Shown: positions 39,608 to 50,485, numbered from the stretch's first letter. The stretch is 64,000 nt of DNA from an uncultured Mycoplasmatota bacterium (GCA_947056845.1 CAMSCJ010000001.1:96442-160441); one strand, 5' to 3'. The notes: generated by a model from the sequence alone, not told the origin. A program made the numbers and translations.

Positions 39608-40237
39608 TTATTTAGTTACTTCAATATAATAAATTGTCATTCCTTTAGCAACAAATTTTTTTTCATACTCAGTTTGGATATTTAGACTCACATCATCGGC
39701 ATATAAATCCAAACTAAGATGCTCAATTTTATAGCCATAATCAGTAAATGATTTTATAGAGTATTCAAATAAATGGCGATTATCAGTTTTCATAATAATT
39801 TTTTTACTATTTTTAAAAATATAATCATACTTTTGTAAAAAAAGTAAACTAGTTAATCGTCGATTAGTATGCCTTTTTTTAGGCCAAGGATCAGAAAAAT
39901 TTAAATATAAACAAGAAATTTCTTTATTAAAGATATTTTGAATTTCTAAAGCATCAGTTTTAATTAATCTTAAATTAGGCAAGTCTATATCTTCTAATTT
40001 TTCTACTGCTCTAACCATAACACTATCAAATTTTTCAATTCCAATAAAATTAATATTAGGATACTCATACGCATTTTTAATAATGAAGTCCCCTTTACCC
40101 ATTCCTATTTCTATATATATCGGGTTATCGTTTTTAAAAATGCAATTAAAATTTCCTTTATAAGTTGTGGGATTTTTTATTATATAGTTAGATTCATCTA
40201 TTTTTATTTGAGCATTTTTTACTTTTCTAAGTCGCAT
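39608..40237 (-). CDS. trmB: tRNA (guanine46-N7)-methyltransferase
   Basis: EIGMGKG SAM motif and FSDPWPKKRH. Confidence 0.9.
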   Translation of the reverse strand: MRLRKVKNAQIKIDESNYIIKNPTTYKGNFNCIFKNDNPIYIEIGMGKGDFIIKNAYEYPNINFIGIEKFDSVMVRAVEKLEDIDLPNLRLIKTDALEIQNIFNKEISCLYLNFSDPWPKKRHTNRRLTSLLFLQKYDYIFKNSKKIIMKTDNRHLFEYSIKSFTDYGYKIEHLSLDLYADDVSLNIQTEYEKKFVAKGMTIYYIEVTK

Positions 40238-40321
40238 AAAATCACCATACTTTAATTAATTATATCACATATTCATGATAATAGCATATAATTAATTAGA
40301 ATAATTAAAGGAGAGTGTAAA

Positions 40322-40648
40322 GTGAAAAAAGATAGAAATTGTGGAATGAATCCATACCCTGTATATCAGCCATACCCACAAGTAGGTCCTATGATGAATC
40401 CTGGTATGATGGCTCCTAATATGATGCCACCTGTTATGGCTCCTGGGAATGTTCAGATGCCACCACAATATTCAATAAGTCAAGATGGTGTTAGCTCTAA
40501 TACTATTGAACAACAAATGGCACAAATGCAACGACAAATCAATAATTTAGATGCTCGTGTTTCTAAATTAGAGAGTTCTATAAATACGATTGGTAATTCT
40601 TCATTTAATTCCAATCAATATTCAAGTGGCAACTATCACATTGTTTAA
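40322..40648 (+). CDS. Small protein with a Pro/Met-rich N-terminus and a C-terminal coiled coil (GTG start), function unknown
   Basis: PYPVYQPYPQVGPMMNPGMMAPNMMPPVMAPG then a heptad region. RBS AAGGAGAG. Confidence 0.45.
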   Translation: MKKDRNCGMNPYPVYQPYPQVGPMMNPGMMAPNMMPPVMAPGNVQMPPQYSISQDGVSSNTIEQQMAQMQRQINNLDARVSKLESSINTIGNSSFNSNQYSSGNYHIV

Positions 40649-40842
40649 AAAAAGCGTCTTAGACGTTTTTCTTTTGCCTTTTAACAATTTTTTTAAATAA
40701 ACCAATGATAATATGATAATTTATCTTCGTTATAATAGCATATATAAATAAAAAATATATAATATTGTTAATTAATATAGTATTTTAAAATAATTATTTA
40801 TGATATATAAAAATATTAAAATAAAAATAACCTTAGTTATCT

Positions 40843-41595
40843 TTATTTTAATACTTCATATTTTATTAATATATAATTGCTATCTTGTTTTTTAAAGGTG
40901 TATTTATATTTTGTCAATTTTTCCTTTAGTTCATCCTTATGTTCATTATAATAATTTTCTATCAATTTCTTATTTTCATCTAAATTTTCTGTAAGTTCTA
41001 ATGTAAACAATGCATTATCTAAATTATAATTATTGTTTTTTGATAATAAGGCATTTTCATAGCTACCAAAAAAACCATTTTTTAAATTACCATCTTGCAT
41101 ATTATAAAATATTTTCGTTATAGTTAATTCATAAATATCATTACTATTTTTAAAGTTGGTAACATCAATATGGTCTGACATGATAATATCTTTATTATTA
41201 TATTCACTATTTAGGCTAAATTTATTATTTTCATATTTGTAAACAATCGTATCATTATCAGTCACATCAGTAAATTCAATATCTATATCATTTCCAAAAA
41301 TATCTGTCAAATATTTTTCTACATCTTCTTCATCAGTTGATTCAATCCCATTAAGGGCTAATTGCAATTTAAAATTGTTTGATAACTCATTTATATTATT
41401 AATTGTTGCATTATTTATATCCATATATTCTAACTTATAATTTGTCATAAGATTTAAAAAATATTCTTCAGTTAATTTTTCTTCTTTAGATGAATTTGTG
41501 AATAGTTTAATTATATTAAAAATTAAAAATACACTTAATATAGCCAATATAATAATTCTAAATATATCTATTTTATTTAAATTTAGTTTTTTCAT
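40843..41595 (-). CDS. Hypothetical N-terminally anchored protein
   Basis: Single TM, then a soluble domain of about 220 aa. Confidence 0.5.
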   Translation of the reverse strand: MKKLNLNKIDIFRIIILAILSVFLIFNIIKLFTNSSKEEKLTEEYFLNLMTNYKLEYMDINNATINNINELSNNFKLQLALNGIESTDEEDVEKYLTDIFGNDIDIEFTDVTDNDTIVYKYENNKFSLNSEYNNKDIIMSDHIDVTNFKNSNDIYELTITKIFYNMQDGNLKNGFFGSYENALLSKNNNYNLDNALFTLELTENLDENKKLIENYYNEHKDELKEKLTKYKYTFKKQDSNYILIKYEVLK

Positions 41596-41609
41596 AATCT
41601 TCTCCTATT

Positions 41610-42974
41610 TTAATTATTACTTATAAATGCTTTAGCTGTTTCTAAATCGCTAAAATGAACTTTTTCATGATTTATAATTTGATAGTCCTCATGACCTTTA
41701 CCTAAAATAAGTAAAATATCATTTTGATGGAGCATCTTGATTCCTTCTTCAATTGCTTCTTTACGGTCATATTTAATTATAAAATTATTTTTTGATAAAG
41801 AACTAGTAATATCACTCATAATAGCTTTTTCATCTTCAGTTCGTGGATTATCATTAGTGAATATTACAAAATCAGATTTGTTAGTTGCAATAGAACCCAT
41901 GATTGGCCGTTTAGTTTTATCACGATCACCACCACAACCAATAATTGTAATAATACGCCCTTTTTTATATTCATTAGCACTATTAATAATATTTTCTACT
42001 GCATCTGGTGTGTGAGCATAATCTATAACAATAACAGCGTCTTTATATCTAAATGACTCAAAACGACCACTTGGCGCATTTAACGTTTTTGATAATTCGA
42101 TTAACTGCTCAATACTATAACCCATTTTATTTAAAATAATAAGAAGATTCATATAATTATAAACATTATATTTACCAGGAATATTTAATTTAACATTATA
42201 CTCTACTTCATCATATATAAATGTAAATTCGCTAGAATCGATATTTAAATTATAAGAAGTAATCCTATAATCAGCATTAGAATTAGTTCCATAAATAATA
42301 TTATTATTTTGTTCTAAGCAAAAATCTTTATAATATGGATTATCACCATTTATAATCGCAAATTTATTATTTCTTAAATTTTCAAACAGCTTTATTTTAG
42401 CTTTTTTATAATTTTCTAAAGATGTATGAAAATCCAAATGATCTTGGGTTAAATTAGTAAACGCAGCATAATCAAATTGCAAATTTAAAACACGATCTAA
42501 AGCTAAAGCATGGCTACTTACTTCCATCGCTATCACTTCAACTTTGTTTTGAATACAATAATCAAACATTTCGTATAAATCAATTAAATCTGGTGTGGTA
42601 TTATCTAAATCTTTAACTTTTCCATCGACATAAAAACCAATGGTTCCTATATAGGCTGTTTTAACACCTAATTTATTTAAAGCTTGATAAATTAAATAGC
42701 AACTTGTTGTCTTACCATTAGTCCCTGTAACACCAATAAATTTTATTTTTGATAAATCACTACTATATTTTTCTTTTAAATAATTAGCTAAATAAACACG
42801 AGTATTTTCAACAATTTTAGTTTTAACCTTATAGTCACCCTTTTCAGCGATTATTTCAGTAGCGCCATTTAAAATAGCTTTATCAATAAAATCATGACCA
42901 TCAATATTTAAACCTTTAATGGCTACAAAAGTGTCACCACTTTTTACCTTACGTGAATCAACCTTAATACTCAT
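41610..42974 (-). CDS. murE: UDP-MurNAc-L-Ala-D-Glu:meso-DAP ligase MurE. The start is taken at ATG 42974 (MSIKVDS...) with SD GGGAGGA.
   Basis: GVTGTNGKTT P-loop and the DNPR motif (DAP-type). Confidence 0.85.
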   Translation of the reverse strand: MSIKVDSRKVKSGDTFVAIKGLNIDGHDFIDKAILNGATEIIAEKGDYKVKTKIVENTRVYLANYLKEKYSSDLSKIKFIGVTGTNGKTTSCYLIYQALNKLGVKTAYIGTIGFYVDGKVKDLDNTTPDLIDLYEMFDYCIQNKVEVIAMEVSSHALALDRVLNLQFDYAAFTNLTQDHLDFHTSLENYKKAKIKLFENLRNNKFAIINGDNPYYKDFCLEQNNNIIYGTNSNADYRITSYNLNIDSSEFTFIYDEVEYNVKLNIPGKYNVYNYMNLLIILNKMGYSIEQLIELSKTLNAPSGRFESFRYKDAVIVIDYAHTPDAVENIINSANEYKKGRIITIIGCGGDRDKTKRPIMGSIATNKSDFVIFTNDNPRTEDEKAIMSDITSSLSKNNFIIKYDRKEAIEEGIKMLHQNDILLILGKGHEDYQIINHEKVHFSDLETAKAFISNN

Positions 42975-42975
42975 A

Positions 42976-44565
42976 TTATCCTCCCTCATTAAATAAATCT
43001 GGTAAATCATTTTCTAATAAAACGAAAGTCTCTTTACCTTTTAATTTTTCAATTAAAATAAATGCTTCTTTAACATCGTTTAATATATATATATGCTTTT
43101 TATCATATTTTTTTAGCATCAAACCATCATAGATTGGTTTAGTTTGCTGTTTTCCAACTAAAATTACATCATCACAGGTATCAGCGATATATTCACCAAA
43201 TTTGCAATTTAGTTCATACTGGCTACTACCAAGTTCAATCATACCAGGAGTCACAATAATTTTTTTACCTGGCATTAAGTTTAAAACTTCTAAAGCCATT
43301 TTTGAACCAGTTGGATTAGAATTAAAAGCATCATCAATTAAATACATATCTTTATATTTTTTTAATTCTAATCGATGTTCTGTTGGCATTAATGCCTTAA
43401 CAGCAGCTTGCATTTTTGGAATAGGAATATTTAATACATGACCTAAGGCTAAACCATCTAAAATATTATAAATATTATGTCTACCTAATAATTTTGTTTC
43501 AAATGTATATGAAGATTTATCATCTTTAAACTTGACTTTAAAAATAGTTCCATCACTTGATAATTCAATATCAGTTGCCATTACATCGGCTTCATTTTCA
43601 ATGCCAATCCAAATAACTTGACAATTATTTTTAATTTTATAATTAACTTGTTTTTTATCATCACGATTTAAGATTGCAATGCCATCACTTGGCAAAGATT
43701 CAATAAGTTCAAATTTCCCCTTAACAATATTATCTTCGTTTTTAAATGTTTCTAAATGCGCTACCCCAATTGTCGTTATAATTCCATATTTAGGTTTAAC
43801 TAAATCACAAAGTATTTTTATATCCTTAAGTTTACATGCACCCATTTCGGCAATAAAAATATTATCAAATTTATCAAGTCCATTGTTAATAGATTTCATA
43901 AGTCCATACGGTGTATTAAAGCTTTTAGGTGTTGGATAAGAATTATATTCACTACTTAGAATTGTATTTAAAATATTTTTACTACTTGTTTTACCATAAC
44001 TACCAGTAATTCCAACAATTTCTAAATTAGACATATTTTTTAATTTTTTCTTAGCCTTATTTAAATAATAGAAATAAACAAACTTTTCAGCGGGGATATT
44101 TATAATGTTAATTATATAAGTTACTATAAAAGATAAGTAACCAAATAAAGTAATAATTAAGTAATAATATAATATATTATCAAAATTATAAGTTTTATAA
44201 ATTATATATAATAAAGCAATAAATAATATAAACAATGTTACAAATAATCTTTTTACACGACTCGTTATAACAAATGGTTTCTTTTGTTGTTCTTTTTTAA
44301 TTAAACTGAATTCTATATAAAAAGATATCGCAAATAATAAAAAGGCTACATACATATAATAATTTTTTAATACTAAAACTATTAATAATAACGGAAAAAG
44401 AAATATATCATAAGTAATTAGTGATTTAAAAGGATTTTTAAATATCCATTTTAAATATCTATTACTAACATTATAAGAATTTTGTTGTAACATATAAATA
44501 GCTTTTCGATACTTTAAAATCATATATAAAATAAATGGTATTAACGAAATTAATAAATCTTGCAT
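42976..44565 (-). CDS. murF: UDP-MurNAc-tripeptide:D-Ala-D-Ala ligase MurF fused to an N-terminal polytopic membrane domain of about 180 aa
   Basis: P-loop GITGSYGKTS lies near residue 190. Downstream motifs FNTPYGL, GRHNIYNIL and DDAFNSNP match MurF. Residues 1-180 form about 5 hydrophobic helices in the same frame with no intervening stop. Confidence 0.7.
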   Translation of the reverse strand: MQDLLISLIPFILYMILKYRKAIYMLQQNSYNVSNRYLKWIFKNPFKSLITYDIFLFPLLLIVLVLKNYYMYVAFLLFAISFYIEFSLIKKEQQKKPFVITSRVKRLFVTLFILFIALLYIIYKTYNFDNILYYYLIITLFGYLSFIVTYIINIINIPAEKFVYFYYLNKAKKKLKNMSNLEIVGITGSYGKTSSKNILNTILSSEYNSYPTPKSFNTPYGLMKSINNGLDKFDNIFIAEMGACKLKDIKILCDLVKPKYGIITTIGVAHLETFKNEDNIVKGKFELIESLPSDGIAILNRDDKKQVNYKIKNNCQVIWIGIENEADVMATDIELSSDGTIFKVKFKDDKSSYTFETKLLGRHNIYNILDGLALGHVLNIPIPKMQAAVKALMPTEHRLELKKYKDMYLIDDAFNSNPTGSKMALEVLNLMPGKKIIVTPGMIELGSSQYELNCKFGEYIADTCDDVILVGKQQTKPIYDGLMLKKYDKKHIYILNDVKEAFILIEKLKGKETFVLLENDLPDLFNEGG

Positions 44566-44836
44566 ACTACTCACCAATATAATTATACAATAAATTGAAA
44601 TAATTTCATAATAAAAAAGACAAAATCTGTTTTTTCTTTATATTGTATTAAATATAATACGCAATAATTTGATATTTTGTTAAATTTTAATGTGAGTATT
44701 ATTTACTAAAAACTTTATAAATTCTAGTATCTATTTTGGAGTGAATTAATTTTATAATATAGCCATTTTACTACATTAAAAATTTTTTGACAAATTAGAA
44801 AAGAAAAATGATAACATCAAATATTATCATTTAAAC

Positions 44837-46651
44837 TTAAGCAAAATATCTATCATACCAAACTAGAAAAACATAAATGGTCCATACTTTTCTACTATTA
44901 TCGTATTTTCCATTCTTATGATCATCTAATAATTTGACAATTTCATTTGGATTAAAAAATTCACTTGCACTCAAAAATCTTGTTTTAATCTTTGTATAAA
45001 TATCATCATCTTTAATCCAATTTCGAATTGGTACTGGAAAGCCTAATTTTTTCTTATTCGAAACTTTATCTTCCAATACTTCATTAGCAACACGCCTAAA
45101 ACATTTTTTGGTTGTATTTTTATCAACTTTATACTTAGTTGGTAGATGTCTTGCATAATCAATTACCATTCTATCTAAGTATGGAACCCTAACTTCTAAA
45201 GAATTAGCCATACTCATCTTATCGGCTTTAAGTAATATATCACCAATTAACCAAAAATTAAAATCAATATACTGCATTTTTGTAACATCATCTTTATTTT
45301 TAACTTTTTCATAATATGATTTAGTTATATTTTGATAACCTTTTTTATATGGTTTATAAGATAAAATTTTTTTTACTTCTTTATTATTAAAAATAAAAGC
45401 ATTTCCTACATATCGATTTTCAAGTTTTTGACCACGTCTTATTAAAAAATTAATACCTCTTTTATGTTTAAATATGGAAGCGATTCTTCCAATTAAATTT
45501 CTAATTGGATATGGTATTTTATAATACCATGACAAAGTATAAGGCTCTGAATAAATATTATAACCACCAAAAATTTCATCGGCACCTTCACCAGATAGTG
45601 AAACTTTAACATTTTGGCTAGCGATATTGGCAACAAAATATAAAGCTATACATGATGGATCTGCTAAAGGCTCGTCCATATAATACATAATATCAGAAAT
45701 ACTATCAAAGTATTCTTCTTTAGTTATTACTTTACTTATATTTTTCGTTTCTATTTTTTGTGATAAATCTTTAGCGTAATCTATCTCACTATAATTTTTA
45801 TTTTCAAAACCAACTGTAAATGTTTTATCAACATCACTTAAAGTCGCAATCAAAGATGAGTCAACTCCACTTGATAAAAATGATCCAACCTCAACATCGC
45901 TTATTTTATGAGCCTTTATGGAATCATCCAAGTGCTCTCTAATACCCTTTTCCCATTCTTCTAAAGTTTTATTGTCATCCGCTTCAAATTTTAATTCATA
46001 ATATTGTTCAATTTCTAATTTTTTATCCTTATATTTTAAATAATGACCAGGTCTTAATTTATAAACATTTTTAAAGAAAGTTTCTTCACCTACACTATAT
46101 TGAAATGTTAAATAACTTTCTAACATTTCTTTATTTAATTCTTTTTTAAAATTTGGATGCGCTAAAAAGCTTTTTATTTCTGATGAAAATAAAAATTCAT
46201 CATTTTCCAAATAATAATAAAAAGGCTTAATACCATAGAAATCACGAGCAGCAAATAATTCTTTACTATTGGTATCATAAATAACAAAGGCAAACATACC
46301 ACGCAATTTCATTAGAATATTCTCTTTGTATTCCTCATATCCGTGTAAAATAACTTCTGTATCAGCACTAGTTTTAAAAGTGTGACCTTTAGAGATTAAA
46401 TCCTCTTTTAATTCCTGATAGTTATAAATTTCACCATTAAAAATAATGACCTTTGTATTATCTTCATTATAAATAGGTTGACTACCGTTATTTAAATCTA
46501 TAATACTAAGGCGTCTAAAGCCTAAAGCTACATTGTCATCACAATAATAACCATCAGAGTCTGGACCACGATGTTTAATTAAATCAGCCATATCTTTAAT
46601 GATTTTTTTCTTATTTTTTTCTTTATCAACAAATCCAGCAAAACCACACAT
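44837..46651 (-). CDS. asnB: Asparagine synthetase (glutamine-hydrolysing)
   Basis: MCGFAGF N-terminal nucleophile and SGGVDSS PP-loop. Confidence 0.9.
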   Translation of the reverse strand: MCGFAGFVDKEKNKKKIIKDMADLIKHRGPDSDGYYCDDNVALGFRRLSIIDLNNGSQPIYNEDNTKVIIFNGEIYNYQELKEDLISKGHTFKTSADTEVILHGYEEYKENILMKLRGMFAFVIYDTNSKELFAARDFYGIKPFYYYLENDEFLFSSEIKSFLAHPNFKKELNKEMLESYLTFQYSVGEETFFKNVYKLRPGHYLKYKDKKLEIEQYYELKFEADDNKTLEEWEKGIREHLDDSIKAHKISDVEVGSFLSSGVDSSLIATLSDVDKTFTVGFENKNYSEIDYAKDLSQKIETKNISKVITKEEYFDSISDIMYYMDEPLADPSCIALYFVANIASQNVKVSLSGEGADEIFGGYNIYSEPYTLSWYYKIPYPIRNLIGRIASIFKHKRGINFLIRRGQKLENRYVGNAFIFNNKEVKKILSYKPYKKGYQNITKSYYEKVKNKDDVTKMQYIDFNFWLIGDILLKADKMSMANSLEVRVPYLDRMVIDYARHLPTKYKVDKNTTKKCFRRVANEVLEDKVSNKKKLGFPVPIRNWIKDDDIYTKIKTRFLSASEFFNPNEIVKLLDDHKNGKYDNSRKVWTIYVFLVWYDRYFA

Positions 46652-46716
46652 TTAAAACACCTCCATAGTGAATATATTTATATTCTAACACATAAATATA
46701 CAAAATTCTAGGGATA

Positions 46717-46738
46717 AGTAATCTTTACATGTAAAGAT
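46717..46738. promoter_or_regulatory. Perfect 22-bp palindrome TAATCTTTACATGTAAAGATTA between divergent asnB and sspI
   Basis: The sequence is its own reverse complement. Confidence 0.4.
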
Positions 46739-46789
46739 TAGGTAACTAAATATATTATTGCCTATAATGGCATTTTTTATAAAAAAAGT

Positions 46790-46818
46790 GCATAAAAATA
46801 TAAATTTTAGTCAGTATA
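46790..46818 (+). promoter_or_regulatory. Forespore sigma-G/F-type promoter (GCATA, 17 nt spacer, CAGTATA) upstream of sspI
   Basis: Matches the GCATR-N17/18-CATnnTA consensus apart from one position. RBS AAGGAG precedes ATG 46837. Confidence 0.35.
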
Positions 46819-46836
46819 TATTTAAGGAGTGATTCT

Positions 46837-47040
46837 ATGCAGATAGATATAAGAGAAAGTATTAAAAATAATTTTAAGAATGCTAGTACTAGTGATATTA
46901 AATCTTCAATTGAAGAGGCCATATTAGAAAATGATGAAATAACATTACCAGGTCTAGGCGTTTTTTTTGAGACTCTATGGAAAAATTCAACAGATAGTCA
47001 AAAAACAGAAATTTTAAACAAAATAAAAAAGTATATATAA
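46837..47040 (+). CDS. sspI: Small acid-soluble spore protein SspI family
   Basis: ITLPGLGVFFETLW...SQKTEIL matches B. subtilis SspI (MLPGLGVLFEVIW...ESDKTEML). Confidence 0.55.
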   Translation: MQIDIRESIKNNFKNASTSDIKSSIEEAILENDEITLPGLGVFFETLWKNSTDSQKTEILNKIKKYI

Positions 47041-47069
47041 AAAAGGCTAGATACATCGTACCTAACCTT

Positions 47070-48341
47070 TTATTTTATCATAAAGCTAACACCTTTCCTC
47101 TCATTTTTTACAATGATTTCATAGCCAAGAAGTGATACTGTCTTTTTTACAATTGATAATCCCAAACCAAATTGCCCTTTAATGCCTTTAGTATACGGAG
47201 TGAATATATCATCTAAGACATTTTCGTTTATATTTGGTCCATCATTATAGAATATTATTTTCCCGTTTTTTATAGTAATTTTAACTATTTTTTCTGCATA
47301 ACGCATGAAATTATTTAGAATATTATCAATAATTGTTTCCCACATATCATAAGTTCCATTAAATAACACATTTTTATCTATAATAGATATTTTAAATGTA
47401 ATTTCTGGTCTTTGAATTTGGAATTTTTCAATACATGATTTTAAAATTTGTGATAAATCAATTTCTTGATTTTTATATTCATTATAATCTTTAATATAAT
47501 TTAGTTTATTTAAATATAGTAAGGAGTGTACTTTTATTTCTAATTTATTGATTTGTTCTTTGATTATTTTAGCAGCCTCTTCTTCGGTTTCTACACCATC
47601 TTCAACTGCTTCAAGATAAGATTTTATCACTGTAAGAGGAGTTTTAAAATCATGTGATATATTTTGATACATTTGATTTTTATATTCTTCTTCTTTTTTT
47701 AAATGTAATTTCATATTATCAATTGCTTCAGATAGTACTTTTAATTCATCATCAAAATCATAGCTATAATTATCAACATAATCATCGTTATCTAAATTAT
47801 CAATTTTTTCTTTTAAATGTTCAATTTTTAGTGCTAAATTACTTGCCCAAAAAACAAGAAAAGCGGATATAATCAACAATGTTATAAATAAAATTGGATA
47901 TATTGTAAAAAGAATGTCTTTTCTTATTTCTAAGATATAATTGTTAGTTGAGATTGATAGTCGATAGTCATCATCAGTCGACATAGTATAATAATAGTAG
48001 GTTTTACCTAAATAGCGGAAATTACCAAATTCTTTATCGGCTTTCTCCAAAACAAATTTATAATCAGCATTTATAATACTATTAAAATTATTGGATGCAA
48101 CAATCTCATTGTTAGGCTTAATATAGATATAAGCCATATCAACTGATGTTACGTTATAATTATTATTAATATTATTATCAATTAATTCTAATGGTTGTTT
48201 TAAATATTCATAGATATTTTTTTCATAGATTGGCAATAACAATTTTGGCAACAAAATTATTAAACTTAATGATATAATACCAACTATAATAATACCAATA
48301 GTAAATAATTGTTTCATTAGATTATTTTTTAATGGTTTCAT
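47070..48341 (-). CDS. Sensor histidine kinase
   Basis: 2 TM helices, H-box ISHDFKTPLTVIKSY, ATPase G-box. Confidence 0.8.
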   Translation of the reverse strand: MKPLKNNLMKQLFTIGIIIVGIISLSLIILLPKLLLPIYEKNIYEYLKQPLELIDNNINNNYNVTSVDMAYIYIKPNNEIVASNNFNSIINADYKFVLEKADKEFGNFRYLGKTYYYYTMSTDDDYRLSISTNNYILEIRKDILFTIYPILFITLLIISAFLVFWASNLALKIEHLKEKIDNLDNDDYVDNYSYDFDDELKVLSEAIDNMKLHLKKEEEYKNQMYQNISHDFKTPLTVIKSYLEAVEDGVETEEEAAKIIKEQINKLEIKVHSLLYLNKLNYIKDYNEYKNQEIDLSQILKSCIEKFQIQRPEITFKISIIDKNVLFNGTYDMWETIIDNILNNFMRYAEKIVKITIKNGKIIFYNDGPNINENVLDDIFTPYTKGIKGQFGLGLSIVKKTVSLLGYEIIVKNERKGVSFMIK

Positions 48342-48991
48342 ACTAAACGATATCCAAATCCATAAATAGTATTTATTTTAATTTTAGGCATTTTTCGTCT
48401 TAATCTTCTAACTAAATCGTCTACAACCCTATCACTTCCAAAATAGTCACTACCCCAAACACCTGTTAAAATATCATCGCGGCTTAATGATGTATTTTGA
48501 TTATTAATAAATAACATTAATAATTCAAATTCTAAGGTAGTAAGTTCAATTTCTTTAGAGTTTTCGATAACCACTCTTTTCTCAAAATCTATTTCGTATG
48601 TTTCATAAATCTTTTTTTGAGGTTTATTATAAACTCTTTTAATAATATTATTTATTCTTAAAATTAATTCTTTAGGAGAATAGGGTTTTGTTATATAATC
48701 ATCACTTCCTAACTCTAAGCCAATTATTTTATCCAAATCTTGATCACGAGCTGAGGTAAAAATAACCGGTTTATTAGAATCTATTTGTCTTATTTTTTTT
48801 ATAATATCATAACCACTTATTTCATCACCTAACATGATGTCTACAACCCATAAGTCAAAATCATCAGTTATATGGTCTATCGCATCTTTACCTGTTAGGT
48901 AAGATGTAACAGAATAATTTTCTCGCTCTAAGTATGATTTAATTAGATGATTTAAATCCTTTTCATCTTCAACTAAGCAAATATTATACAT
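48338..48991 (-). CDS. OmpR-family response regulator
   Basis: Receiver domain plus winged helix. Overlaps the kinase gene by 4 nt. Confidence 0.9.
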   Translation of the reverse strand: MYNICLVEDEKDLNHLIKSYLERENYSVTSYLTGKDAIDHITDDFDLWVVDIMLGDEISGYDIIKKIRQIDSNKPVIFTSARDQDLDKIIGLELGSDDYITKPYSPKELILRINNIIKRVYNKPQKKIYETYEIDFEKRVVIENSKEIELTTLEFELLMLFINNQNTSLSRDDILTGVWGSDYFGSDRVVDDLVRRLRRKMPKIKINTIYGFGYRLV

Positions 48992-49179
48992 ATTTACACC
49001 TCAATTTATAGTATATCACAATTTTTATTTATTTTTTTAATCACCTCATAATTATTAAATTTTTAATTTTTAGTTTTTAATTTTTCTACTATAACCACCT
49101 CCACTATATCCAGTATAAAAAATAAATGTGTTTAAATTTTGATAGAATTATGTAAAATTATGGTAAAAATATTTTAAAT

Positions 49180-49208
49180 AAAAAAATCCTTAAGACTTTA
49201 CTTAAAGA
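49180..49208 (-). terminator. Putative terminator of the SEDS gene (8-bp stem with one G-U pair, then U7)
   Basis: Minus-strand sequence TCTTTAAG-taaagt-CTTAAGGA-TTTTTTT. Confidence 0.3.
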
Positions 49209-49223
49209 TTAAAAATACATTTT

Positions 49224-50417
49224 TTATTTTTCTATTAAATTATCTAATTTTGTTTCAATATTAATTCTTTGTGCTACTGCAATCGAACACATCAGGCAAA
49301 TCGTGAATGATCCTCCATAACTTAGAAATGGTAAAGGGACACCAGTTAATGGAATAATTCCAAATAAACCACCTAGGTTAAAGAAAATATGCATAAATAT
49401 ATAAATGGCTATTCCTAAAGCCATATATTTACCTCTAATAGTACTTGCACGACTAGATATTGCAAGAATTCGCCCAAGAACTAAGGCATAACAAACAAAA
49501 ATTATAAATGCAGTAATAAGTCCCCATTCCTCAACAAAAATTGAAAAAATTGAATCTGTATGTGGATCGTTAATATAGGAATATTTTTGTTTACTTTTAC
49601 CGATACCTAGACCAGTTAAGCCACCATTATTTATGGCAATAAAAGCATTACATACTTGATACCCACCATCTTCATAGTTGGTACAAGGGTTAAAAAAATT
49701 AAATCGTGAACGTTGCTCATCTGTAAAAAAACTACCAGTCCTAACAACGATCATAACAATAAATAACAGTCCTGCCGCAAATAAAATCCCAAGTGTTTTA
49801 AGTTTCTCTATTCTTAAAATTGGACTAGCTAAAAACATAAAGCCAAAAATAGACATTAAAATCATCATCGTTCCAAAATCTTTTTGTACAAAAATAATAA
49901 CTGGAATGGAAACACCGATAAATAGTATAATAGCAATAATATTAAAATGATTTATGTTTTTAGTTCTTAATCTTTTATAGAATTTTTCAAATAAGATAGC
50001 TAAAAAAATTATTATAACTGGTTTTGCGAATTCACTTGGTTGAAATCTAACCCCAAAAATTTCTATCCAATTTTGGGCTCCTCTATGATAAGCCCCATAA
50101 AGCAATAAATAAATTAGAACGCCAACAATTAATAGAAAAATTAAAGGAACCCATTTCTTATAATTTTTTGTATCAATTAATACTATAAAAATAGACAAAA
50201 ATAATCCTATACCTAACATGACTATATGTTTATAAAAATAATAATATAGGTTAGCGTCGTTATTTATAGCTTCCCTACTAGAAGCGGTAACAATATTAAA
50301 AAGCCCAAACAAAAATAAAAAGATAGTAACAAATAATAATGGTTTATCCATATTACTAAATATATTTTTAATCTTCTTTAGTATTATATTCATTACTATC
50401 ACCCTATTATTAATCAT
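49224..50417 (-). CDS. SEDS-family peptidoglycan glycosyltransferase (FtsW/RodA/SpoVE)
   Basis: 10 TM helices and the conserved C-terminal SEDS motifs. The true start is probably an internal Met. Confidence 0.85.
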   Translation of the reverse strand: MINNRVIVMNIILKKIKNIFSNMDKPLLFVTIFLFLFGLFNIVTASSREAINNDANLYYYFYKHIVMLGIGLFLSIFIVLIDTKNYKKWVPLIFLLIVGVLIYLLLYGAYHRGAQNWIEIFGVRFQPSEFAKPVIIIFLAILFEKFYKRLRTKNINHFNIIAIILFIGVSIPVIIFVQKDFGTMMILMSIFGFMFLASPILRIEKLKTLGILFAAGLLFIVMIVVRTGSFFTDEQRSRFNFFNPCTNYEDGGYQVCNAFIAINNGGLTGLGIGKSKQKYSYINDPHTDSIFSIFVEEWGLITAFIIFVCYALVLGRILAISSRASTIRGKYMALGIAIYIFMHIFFNLGGLFGIIPLTGVPLPFLSYGGSFTICLMCSIAVAQRINIETKLDNLIEK

Positions 50418-50485
50418 AACATAAATATAAAAAAAAATATATAATTTTGTATTTTACTTTACAAACAATTATATATTTTGTAATT

